A stretch of DNA of 64,000 nt from contig NC_135760.1 of NCBI RefSeq assembly GCF_052425735.1, forward strand, positions 9,300,001 through 9,364,000, read 5' to 3'. A program made the translations under genes and the position numbers. The notes beneath the pieces were generated by a model that was not told the origin of the DNA, searched no databases, and worked only from the letters and a program-made list of their open reading frames with translations. Positions 34,337 to 47,000 of the stretch are shown piece after piece (within the stretch, counting starts at the first letter, position 1; each line of letters begins with the position of its first letter). Source of the stretch: Oculina patagonica. Lineage: Eukaryota.

Positions 34337-34731
34337 AAGCCTGGTTCTCCTATAATTGCCCCGACCGTTTCTATCGCCTCTGTCAGTTCAAAAAGTTTTT
34401 CTTGCGATCCGGGCGATTATATGAGAACATTACATAGACGATCGCTAACGTCTGCGGCGATCACGATCGCTTGCGTAGCTTTCGTATCCCATCTTCGCCG
34501 TAAAACTGCAATAACTGAGAAGATGGGAGGCAACAAGTTTTGCTCTTTTGTCATTGTGCTAGATCTAGGGCTAAAATGATTGTATTTCGCAGGTATTAGC
34601 TCATATACGAGGCGATCGGACGATCATATGCGAACCCCTGATAGATCGCTTCCACTCGCTTCCGATCGTCTCAGTAGTTGCAAACGGTCGAAAAGATAGA
34701 AACGATCGGGGCGATCAAATGAGAACCAGCC
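34337..34731. mobile_element. MITE in the spacer between the duplicated units
   Basis: Imperfect TIR GCCTGGTTCTC..ATTGCCCCGA / TCGGGGCGAT..GAGAACCAGCC; CGATC-rich interior. Confidence 0.65.
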
Positions 34732-35041
34732 GTTTAACGTTTTTTAACCCCTACCCTCCCTTCCCGTCGGTGAATTAATTCACTCGTTCCAGGCCGTGAC
34801 CGTCTTGTTTTTGGCGCTTTGTTGTGACGCATCTTCCGGAATTAGCACAACCTTGAAAGACCTCTCGTAAATTTCACTTTCTATGATTTGTGGTCAGTTG
34901 TATAAACTGATCGAAAGTGAAAATTCACGTCACTTTACCATGTAAAGCTGCTTCTATGAAAGTGAAACAAACTTTGATTGATCATTGCTTACAACACTCC
35001 TCTAAAATTGTCCACGAAGGAAGAGAGAGTTCACAAAAATT

Positions 35042-38000
35042 ATGTCGAAGCCCTCATCGAAACTCGCAGGGACAGCTGTTTTGACGATCGCTCTTCTGTC
35101 CTTACAAGGGGCTTTATGGTATTTCCGACCACAACCTGCCGGGAAAGTGCCTTTATTGCATCGCTACAGTGCTGGGAACGACCATGGTGGTAATCGAAAG
35201 CTTTTGGCTGTGAACTTCAGCATGAATTCAGATCAAAAGTTGTCGTCTGGCAATATAAGGCATCTTGGAACAACAAATGATCAACAACATGTAAGTTATA
35301 CACTGCACATTTTCTGATCAAACGGAGAGGTTTTTGTAACTATACATATACTGTCATGGTGCAGTTATGATATTGCAAATTTTTATACCTATAGAACTTT
35401 ACAATAAGCAAAACCGAGATTCGAGACTCCAAAATCGCAGTGAATTGAACGATATGTTGAGCCGAGCAGAAAAGTCAATGAAAAACGTTCCATTTTAGAA
35501 TTTTCTGCACGAGCCACATATTAATTAAGGAGTGTAATTTTCCAATTTAGACATTACATACACTTGTATATAGAATTTTTGCATGACTAAGCAAAACTGT
35601 CGAAAGTGACAAACTACATGTATTATATTGAAGGTGACAGTAGGTCAACATGCTCTTTTGTGACTGGGTCAGAGTTCAGGTTTTCGATTGAGCAACATGA
35701 AATCGTAAAACAAACAGAACAACCAATGACAAAACGGATTTTCACCATTTGACCCTTGTCCCTTTTAACATTGGTACTTAGCAAGTAGATACACATTTCA
35801 GAGTGGCCTGAAGGGGAAAAATGGGAACTAGAATTTGGGCAAATTTTCACTGGGGAAAATAGGATTTGGGTCACTGGGACTGGGAATCAGAAAACAAATA
35901 AACAATACAACTGAACTGGGATTTGGAAAATCGGGAAAACAATAGACTGGAAAATGGGATTTATACCCCCTTCCTTCCTCCTTTAGGGCTCTCACTCAAG
36001 TGTAATTATTACCAGACTTAACATCATTGTAAACGTTGTCGGAGGTGGGTGGGGGCACCCTAGCTCCCTGAATTTTTATCCTTGTTCACTTAGCAAGAAA
36101 CTATGACATTTAGCAAAATAAATCTGGAAATGATACAAGAAATAATGCTACTTTGTTCTTTTCTGATTGCAGGAATGTTCTGCCTTGCGCCATTTAAACA
36201 GCTCAGGACAGCGATGTCATTTTGTCAAGTCAACTGAGAGTTGTCAGATGGATGAAGGATTTATTCAATATGTACAGTTTCCATACTGCTCATTTTCTAC
36301 AAAACTTGTTCCTCTTGCATTTTTCTTGCTGGTATGTAAGTAGGTTTTTTGGATTTGCAATCCTAAAAGACACCTTGACAACTAAAAATTCCCTAAGTGA
36401 GACCAAAAAATTATCTATGATTTACAGCCCTAAGTGAGACAACCTTGCCATTCCTATCCCTTTTCATAAGGGAGTTCCCATCCATGGTAAGAATCATTAG
36501 TTTCTAATTTTAAGATCTCCTGAAGTAATTTGAATGCCCGTCTTATTATATATGCTATAAGAAGTCAGGTAAAATAAGTCTGCATTTAGCCTAGAGGTAG
36601 AGGCCAGGGTGCATTCTGTCTACACACCACGCCAAAGATACGCCAAGTTTTATTACAGGTCTAAGGTCCAGCATTATTCATACCTAAAATAAGTCATCTG
36701 TAAGGGGTATCGAATGGTTTTTGAATTTTGAATTATCCATGCCAAAGATCTTCGGCATAACCTAAGTAGAATGCAGCCTGGCCTAGAGGCCCATCTGTCA
36801 TCAGGTCAGAGCTTATTCAGGTTTCCCTAGCTTTAAGTGCTGGGTGAACTACTTCCCCTAGCATTAGATTCACGGGTAACTGTTTATACACCTGGGTGGA
36901 CAGAGGCACAGTGAAAGTAAAGTGTCTTGCTCAAGCTCAAAATGTTGTGTGACCCATTAAGCCACCATGCCTCCCATACTAAAATTCAGGAATAGCAATA
37001 TTTTTAGCAAATAATTTGTTTTATCTAGATTGTATAATACACTGTAGTAGTCAGGTGCCGCGGCAATCATATTTCTAAACATTTTTTTTAGTTTTTATGG
37101 TTGGCATTCCTCTTTATAACTCTTGGATTGACAGCGGATGATTAGTAAGTTGCAAAAATTAATTATGGTTCCTTTTAATTACTTGATTTATTAAACACTG
37201 TTAGTATTTATTCAATTTCAGCATTTCTGATGCGGCATTTATTCGAGGGTGGTGTTTATTTTAAAATAATATTCAAGTACTAAATTTTCAGTTGCAGATT
37301 TAAGTAAAATACAGACCAGCATTGACATTATTACAAATTACATTTTAGCTAGTTTGTGACAAGATTCTAGCCTGTGTGAAAATCTGTATTTATTTAGAAA
37401 CCCTTTTGTTTGAATTGAAGTTGCAAACACAAGGGTCTTTATCAGAAGAAAATTAGTTCTTTAAAGTCATAACACACTTCAGGACAAACAGTAATCCTTA
37501 ATGACATAATAATTTTGTTATTAGATTATTTAAACATGAACATTATTGTTTTGTTTATTTTTATATTTGTATTTCATGTTTAGCTTCTGCCCTTCTTTGC
37601 ACGTGATCTCAAAGACATTACGAATCAGTCAGAATATTGCTGTATCCTTTTACTTTAGTGAGAAATTCTCTGCTGGATGCAAACAACACAATACAATCAC
37701 TGTGGCAGATGTAGGCAAGGAGCATAGGGAACATGATCCCACCACCCCTTACCTGGTTGCGAAATGGCCACTTAATTTTTTTTTAATTTCGAGCCCTATC
37801 TTCAGTTCCCCCTCCTCTTATTACAGTAGATCATCTATCACATATTTAGCACACTTCAGGCAGCTGTAATCTCCTATCAAATTTGGGCCAACAGGCTTTA
37901 AGGGAGGTCACCCTGTAGTAAATTTGTTTTAACCACTATTGAGTTTGAATATCAATATATAATTATTTCAATTTTGTTTAATATTTTACATTCTGTGAAA

Positions 38001-41000
38001 TTTGATTTCCTTGACTTTATTGTAAATAAAAGGGTGTTACATTTCTAGCCTTTGGCAATGGTGCGCCTGATATTTTCAGTGCCCTAGCAGCTTTCTCTCA
38101 CAGCAGAAATCAAAATGGAGTACAGCTCGGGATACAGGCCCTTTTTGGTAAGACAATAATATTACCTGTAAGTAGTACATATTCAAATCAGGGGAGTTTT
38201 TTCGGTGATCTCCAGAATAATCAAGGTTGAGGCATGCGCAAGTGCCAGAGAGTGAGGTCTGATGACACTTTTGGTTAATATTGTAGGCATGCAATGCATG
38301 CAGAGAGCTATGAAACTGATGCTCTTTGTCTCCAAGCCATGAGACCCATACAGCCGGAGCTTATCCCGGTTTCAGTAGCATTAAGCGACTAGGAGTATTG
38401 CTACTCCCCCCTGGATGGGATGCTAGTCCATCGCAGGGTTACCCCCAGCAGTAAATTCGCCGGTACCCATTTGTACACCTGGGTGAAGAGAGGCACTGTG
38501 AGAGTAAAGTGTCTTGCCCAAGAACACAACGCAGCGCCCCGGCTAGGCCACGACCCGGGCCGTTCGACTCGGAGTCGAGCGCGCTAACCATTAGGCCACC
38601 GCGCCTCCCCTTTGCACACAGATCTATAATGCTAGCTTTCATAATTAAGCAGTTCAGAGTTTGTTAAAGAAAGCACAGTTTGTGCACTTCACCTTTTACT
38701 TGAAAACGCCTCTCTGTTTCTTTGCAAACGCTTTCTCCTTTAAATATATATAACCTGCAATCAGGCATTCTTCGGGAGCGGGAATGGTGCAGTAGTGAGA
38801 GCACTCGCCTCCCACTAATGTGGCCGAGTTTGATTTCCAGACCGGCGTCTTACATGTATGTGGGTTGAGTTTGTTGTTGGTTCTCGTCATCGCTCTGAGG
38901 GTTTTTCTCTGGGTTCTCCAGTTTTCCTTCCTCCAGAAAAATCAACAGTTCTAAATTCCAATTCAATCGGAAACAGTGGACGAAGAGCCAGCCTGTGAAC
39001 TTGCCACTGCAAATTCCCATTTGTTTATTTATTTATTTATTTATTCTTTTTTTTTTCAAATTTTCTGCATCTTTATAATACACTTAATATATATCCATAT
39101 TTATGACTGTCTTGCAGAATGCGAAATAGGAGGTATCCTACCTTAAGCCAACAAATTCACCCACTCCATTGGTTGTTGGGTCATAGACTTTGTTTGTAAA
39201 TTTCACTGACCAGTGTTGCTCGTGCCTCAATTTTTCTGTAAATCATTTTATTCACCTGATGCGAAGCAGTTGTATTCTCATAGAGACCTTTGATTTTCTT
39301 TATATCCACTTTTGGCAAGTCTGTTCCTGAGTCTAGAAACTAAAAAGGCTGCCACTTTTCAATGACTTTTAAAACTCCAGTTTCTATAGGCAAATGTTTT
39401 GCAGGTTGGCCCCAATCATTTTCCAATCTTCATCAGTTTGCTTTATAACTGTTGATGTGGTATACCTATATTCGTACAATTTGGTAGGTAACAATTTTTT
39501 TTATCAATTGATTTATTTGTTTTTTTGTTTTTGTTTCCACGTTTCAGGTGCTGGTATGTTTGTGACAACAGTTGTTGTTGGTGCTATATCCTTTGTCTCA
39601 ACTATCACGTTGACAACTCGTCCATTTACCAGGGATGTCTTATTCTACCTGGGAGCTGTTTCATGGACGTTCATCACATTATATAAAGAAAACATAACAT
39701 TAGGAGAGTCAATAGGTAATTAACTCTCAGCTTGTTCCCTGATCATTATGGCTATTTATGTCTGCACAATTTATAGGCCTTCACTGCTAGCTGTATCAGA
39801 ACTCTCATTTCAGGAGTGTAGCACAAATTACATGTATCCATCATAAAGGAGATGGCATGTAAAGAAATCTGTGAGAGATCCATTCAGTTTCTCTGGTTGA
39901 TTGTTGCTTGGTTTTGAATTTTTTGCACAACCAACCAGATACAATACACAGATCTGGACCAGGTTGTTCAAAGCATGATTATGATAATTCAGGACTAGCG
40001 TGAATTTTGATTTCATTCTTTTAACTTTTCTGGTTTTCTGTTTATATTTTCTCTCCTCCAGTTAAGGACTGATGTCAAACTCCAAAGAATATGAGCACTA
40101 AAAACACCTTTAACTTTTATTCCTGGGTTGGTGTTAATCAGCTTTCGAACAACCAGCCCTGTACAGGGCGCGACAAAAGTGCTGTCCGATAGCCCGGGGC
40201 TAGTGGAATTATCCGTCGGGCTAGCGTATTCTGATCACGGGTTGCCCGACGGGCAAGCAACACACGGGCAATAAACATTGTTTTTTTTATGACAACCTTC
40301 AGAAATAAATGTGCATCAGACAAATTAGACTAAAGGGAAAAATTTGGGGCTCAAAAATGTGACTCACTGCATCCTTGGAGACAAAAACCGTACTGGTTTT
40401 ATAGTCGCCAACTTGAACGTGGCGACTATATTTCTCTCTGTTAAGATGAGTAACGGCCATTTTCTGAGGAATTTTGTCTTTCCAGAAAATTATATTGGAA
40501 GATCTTTGCTTTTAAAGCATTCACAATAAGAAAAGAAGTCATAGTTCTCCAATCCATGGTATTGCTTTGCCGTAAAGTACTCCATCACCTCGTAAAACTT
40601 GCAAATGGCTGACCGTTTTTGAAAACGCCCCAAAATGCATTGCAGGCATTGGGTACGTCATGTATGCCTATGAATTATGTCTCTTCAAATGTATCCTTCA
40701 GGATCCTTCATATTTGCAATCTTCTACATTAAGCTACAAAGTTAGTTGCCACAAAATCGTTATGTGTTTTTTTTTTTAATTCTTGTGGTAAGATTATTTT
40801 CTTTTCTTTTTGAATATTTATGTATTTATTGTCTCCAAAGGAAGAAATTATGCAAATTACCTTTGGGCTAGCTTCTCAGAGCTCTGGGCTAGTATGAAAA
40901 AATAACAGCTGCCCGAAGGGCAAGCTGCCTTTTTTATTTTTGTCTCACCCTGCCTGTAGATCAAGCTTTGTCTTGAATCAGTTTGGAATCTCAGACGTCT

Positions 41001-44000
41001 GAGGACTTATCAGAGCTGAAAATCACTTTCTATAAATTCTTAAGTCAGTTCCTAGGGAAATAGTTGGGTCAGAAACACAATTATTTCCGACTTTTGGTGT
41101 TCTAGTGCGGGTACCTATCCCCCACCTGGGGGCTGCAAGGCTGATTCAGTAAGAAAAAGTTTTGAGAGCTTCCAGCATTAAAATCCATATAACATGACCA
41201 TTGATGAGCCTTTTAAAACATATGTCACATTTATAAGAAAAGGGTAATTGATTACTTTTTTTCTTATTTTGTCAATAGGTTTCATAGTATTTTATGTAGC
41301 GTACATTCTTGTTGTCATTTTTGGCCACTATATCTACCAAAGATGGAAAAGAAATTCAGGGCGTGTTGAAATTAAAGCTGAATCCCCAGAATCAGGTACG
41401 TCCATAATGTAATTGGAGTAACTGCAGAGTACCCTGCCACACAAGCCCATTACTAAATTGAGATGTCTACATGGTACACAGTCGGTATTAAAGCATTCTT
41501 GTTTATGATGCTTCTGAGATGTTCGCTTTTAAACCATTGGAGTCTTTTGAGTCCCAATGACTGAATTGGCAGTGGACTTACTAAATGTTGAACACTGGCA
41601 ATCACAAAGATCTTTACAGTTACCAAGCGCTATGGTTAAAAACAGGAAGAATATTAAGGTAATCACCCCCCCCCCCCCCTTCCCAGAAAAAGAAATAACA
41701 CAAAGGGCCTCCTTAGTCATTTCTAACTACCGGTACATTGTATTGCTCCAGAAAATATCCATATCCCTCCCACAGAAGGTTTTAGGTTTGAATCCCCCTC
41801 ACCCCTCTGGAAATGTCAGTTAAACCCCATACTTGTGAGATCCCAACTCGTTTGGAATGTGTCCAATGACCTTCCGTGGGGTGGGTATGGATAAGTTTTC
41901 TAGAACTGCACATTCGCCATCCATTTCTTTTAGTATTTCTCTGTGTTCATCTTAAAGTGTCTTAAGTTTAATCCTTAACGTATTTATATCATTGTCAGGT
42001 CATTATGCAGTGTATACCTGGGCCGGGTTGTTCAAAGCACGATTAAGCTAATCCAGGATTAGTGTGAAGTTTGATTTCAGTTTTTTAACTTCTCATTGAG
42101 GTTTTCTGTTTATATTTTCTGTCCTCCATTTTTGACATCGACTAATCTCAAGCTCCACAAAACATAAGCAATAAAAACACTTTTATCCACGAGAAATTGA
42201 ACCCTGGATAAACTTTTAATCCTGGGTTAGTGTTAAACAACTGGGTTAGTGTTAAACAGTGTGAACAACCCGGCCCTGATAAAAGTTATAACATATTTTA
42301 TTTTCATATCATAGACATATATGCCTTGTCTGAACCTTCACTCTTTTTATGTTTTAAAAAGAATCCAATGGCGACTTTCTGGAGTCAGGTGGCCGTGCTG
42401 GAACAAGAAAACTTATACATGCAGCAAGGGGGAGTAATGAATCAGTAAACGCTGTGACTGTTAACGCAGAAACAAATGACATCAATTGGGAAAACACAAT
42501 TGCACACCATTCTCACCACACACTTTCAGGTAGGGTGTGTAATTATCACAATAAGTAATATTTATTCACACTGTAATAAGGCAATATTTCTATTTCTTGT
42601 AGATGCTCTTATTGCAAGTGAAAATACCTTGCTTGGTCCAGCAATTCACAGTGCTCCAATTCCTGCAAGAAAGGAGTCCACAAGTTCAGGTATTTATAAT
42701 AAACCAGATTTTTAAAGTTAGTAAGTAATTAAGATTCTTCATCAGTTGAAGTCAATTATTTAGTCAATCAGTCAGCTAGCCAGTCGGTTGGTCAGTATGT
42801 CAGTCAGTCATTCAGTCAGTCAGTCAGACAGTCAAACATTTAGTGTAGCAGTCAGTCAATCGGTCAGTCAGTCAGTTAGTTAGTCAGTCAGTCAGTCAGT
42901 CAGACAGTCGGTCCGTCAGTCAGACAATCAGTCAATCAGTTGGCAGTCAGTCAGTCAGACAGAGAGACAGTCGGTCAGTTGGTCAGTCAGTCAGTCAGTC
43001 AGTCAGTAGGTTAATCAGTCAGACAGTCAGTCGGTCAGACAGTCAGTCGGTCAGTTAGTCAGTCAGTTGGTTAATCAGTCAGTCAGACAGTCGGTTGGTC
43101 AGTCAGTCAGTCAATCAGTTAGTCAGTCAGTCAGTTAGTCAGTCAGACAGCTGGTCAGTCAGTCAGACAAATGCTCAGTCAGTCAGTAGTAGTAGTAGTA
43201 GAGTAGGTCAGTCAGTCAGTCAGTTAGTCACACAATCGGGTGGCAACTTCATAATCTGTGTCAAAATTAATTTAATGTACGGTTTATCAGTAGCATTGAA
43301 AAAGTATGATTCATGCCTCTTTGTTTTGCATTTTTTTTTTTAAATTTAGAACTACAGTATTTAATTACTATATGGAACGACAGTGACTATTTACTCATAG
43401 AAAGCTCAAGCTTTTAGTTTTTATTATTATTAGGCACTGTTAGAAACGTTGTAATAATAATGAACTTTATTAGTTAATGTGATACTCTTGTAATAAAGTT
43501 AATGTTAATCATGTCTATTTTGTTTCTGTTTGTTTCTTTTTCCCAGATGAAGACTTGCCTCTTCTGGGTGGAAAACGTAAAGTTAGTGCATGGAGAAAAT
43601 TTTTGCAGGGCCTGGAACCCATCGATCGAGAAGACTGGTGTAATAGCAACTTTTTCTGGAAATTCTTTATGATTGTAAAGGTACGAACTTCCTTATTTGT
43701 CCGGCGAAGAGACTCCCATATAAATAGGGCGGGGATGTTCATCCAAAATTGTGAAAAGAACCCCTAAAAGAGACCAAACTGGGCGTAGCTGAAGCTCTCT
43801 TCAACCCCTAAAAGATACCAAAGTATAACGAGCGGTCCGTACGAACAGTGTAGTGTTTGAGAGAGTTGTCACGTGACTCGTCACCAGTCGAGCATGTATG
43901 TCTGGCAATTGTCAGACGAGACACGTCTGTCATGTTATTTGAGAACATGATCTGTCTAAAGAAGAATTTCACCCAACACGTTCACAGCGGTTTTTTGATA

Positions 44001-47000
44001 TCTTGCAGTAAATAAGGGAGGTAGTTAATGGCATCACTTAGCAAACTATTGATTCTGTTAAAAAAAACATAAGCACATCACCTCAGTGACTAAAGAAGGT
44101 AGCTTACTTACTGAAAATAATTCGAGTTATCCTGCCACGTTCTTTTATAACGTGATCTGTCTAAAGAAGAATTTTCCCCAACACATTGAAAACGGTTTAT
44201 CAGATCTTGCAGTGACTAAGGGAGGTAGCTAGTTAAATGGCATCACTTAGCAAACTATAAATTTTGTTGAAACAAACTTAAGAAAATCACCTCAGTGACT
44301 AAAGAAGGTAGCTTTTGTACAGAAAATAATTTGAGTCAGCCTTGTGACATTCTTCAATAATGATGTCCGTATGAACTTGCTACCTGGCTGACGTCTCAGC
44401 AAGCTCTCATTTTAATTACTTACTGCTAGCTAGCGTGACGTTTATCCTTTATAAGTTTTAAATGTCCTCTCATTTTACTTCCGGTATCTCCGGAATCCAT
44501 TCTGCTTGCGCGATTACTCCCGTGAATCTGTTGCCATCTCACAGAGTTGGGCACTGGCTATAAGTTTTTTATCAGTTTATTTTGGCGCAGCACATTTATC
44601 TTATGTTGCGATGACATTTTTCCCTATAAACTGCCCAGAGCTCAAATATTAATCTCTTACTGCTAGCTTGCGTGACGTGTATCCTTTATAAGTTTTAAAT
44701 GTCCTCTCATTTAACTGCCGGTATCTTCCACTTAGAAGTCTTACATCAAGTATTTTGTTTGCGTTATTACTCGCGCGAATCTGTTAATATCTCACGGAGT
44801 TGTACACTGGCTGTAAGTTTTTTTATCAGTTTATTTTGGTGAAGTACATTTATCTCATGTTGCAAGTACCTTCTTTCCCTCAATTAATTGCCCGGAGCGC
44901 GTTCGAGCCTTGTCGCGAATTTTTTAATCCATTGCTTTAATTAGAACATTCGTGGACAATAACAAGCCAGTTCCAGTCTAATTTGCATATGTATGTCTAC
45001 GTGCTTGTTCCACTTAGCCTGTGTACAGCCGTCCCGCTCCGCTCAAAAAAATCGCGGAGGGACGTCCCCTCTGCGATTTTTTTGAGCGGAGCGGGACGGC
45101 TGTACACAGGCTAGTTCCACTTGACCGCGCAATTTGTTTACATCTGGCGTAGCGTTCGCTTCCCCACTAAACTAACTCCATTAGTGTAGTGTACAAACAC
45201 TACACTAAAAAATGGAATTTATTTTTATACAGTTTTTATGGTGCAACCCTAAACGAGATCTTGACAGCTAAAAATATTGGAATTTTTCGCAGAACACCCT
45301 ATAAAGTGAGACCAAAAATTATACCCTGGGGGCCCCGACGATTCAACGAGGAGCATGGTAATAAAAAAGGTAGAGTGATGTTCCGAGAATTCCAGTAAAA
45401 ACAAGAAAAGAGGAATACCTCTGAAGGTATTCCATTTTCCCAAAATCTTTTAGTGAAGTGGACCGTTCCATTTAAGAGCAAATTTAATTTTGCACAGGAA
45501 CTACTGGTTTCTCCAAACAAATGGAAAGCACCCTTTATCTCATACCCCTACCCCCACTACCAGATACAGAGTGGGATCAAGTTACAAATTCATCCTTTGT
45601 GATGGGGGGGGGGGGGGATGTGGAAAGAAACTGAAAATCTGTTCACTGAGGCTCATGTTTTGTTTGCAGGCTCCTGCAGTATTTTGTCTTAATCTCACTG
45701 TACCAGTTGTGGATTACGACAAAGAGAATCATAACTGGAACAAGTGGCTAAACGTCTTACACTGCATAACAATGCCGGTCTTTGGTGTCATGGCAACACA
45801 AGGTAAGTACCTTGTGTAAATATTTAATAACATGCTCGTAAAACACTATCATACACTGCTGTTCTGCCGAGAGACTCGACGTTCTAGATGAGTAAAGGTG
45901 AGTGTTGGTAGTAAAGTAAAAAAAATCCAACACTAGCTGCAGACAAGGAAAATCTTAACCCTGTTGCAATGTTTGTGTAATCGTTGTGTAATACTGCTAT
46001 TTTAGAGCGGTTTTCACTTGAGTGTCGAAAGTAAATTGCGTTTGCTTTGGTTTTGCATTACTACGCTTACTGATTGGATTAAAAATCTCGCGCCACTTTC
46101 TCAGCCAATCAGAACTAAAACCAAAACCAATTGTGACTCGCTCACGCACGTTTTCTGGCGCTTCAAGTTTTGATTGGTTCACTGGATTGTCTGTGTCCTT
46201 TGTGATTGGCCAGAGTAATTACTTTGGTTTTGGTTTTACGACACTCAATTGAAAGCTGCTCTATCTCACGAATCGATTTACAACATGGGCTCATAGCTGT
46301 TTGATATAACTGGAATTAATTCCTTTTTTTCTTTGGCAACGGGAACAATTTTTTATTGTATTTGTCGATATAGCCTATTCGTAGTTACGATAATCAGAAT
46401 AAAAAGAATTTATGAAAGCCTTATCAAACCCACTGTTTCAAAAGTACTTTTTCACATTTATTGCAAACATCAAATGCAATTCGTCATTCTTTTTTCCCCC
46501 ACTATGTTCATTATTTTGATTTTAGTTTAGTTCAATGAACTGTGTATGGAAACATTCTGATGATATTGTCTTAACCAAAAATCGACTTTCACAGCCTTTC
46601 AATTTTTTAACGCAAAAGAACGCGAAAGAAACAGCGAGTTTGAAGTAGAGGGGGTGGGAGGGTGGGGGCTAGCTCCCTCCACCCACTCCCTCGCGTTTCT
46701 CTACCATCAACGAACGAAGACGAGAAAAAAGAGGGCTGTCAACAGTCGGTACTCAAAAGTCCTCAAAAGTTTTATTCTCAGGTAACATCATAAATAAGTG
46801 ATGTATTCCGTTACTTCCAGTTCATGAGAAAGACAAACTGAATGGATGTTTTTAAGAAGAATAATAACCTTGGTTCGATGTTTTCTCGTAGCCGGCAATG
46901 TCATGATTGGTGAACGTTTTCCTGCCTGGGCGTTGGCGCTTTGTGGAGGAATAGCTCTAGCTGTGATTGTTGCCATGACAACTAGAAGTGACAAGCAGCC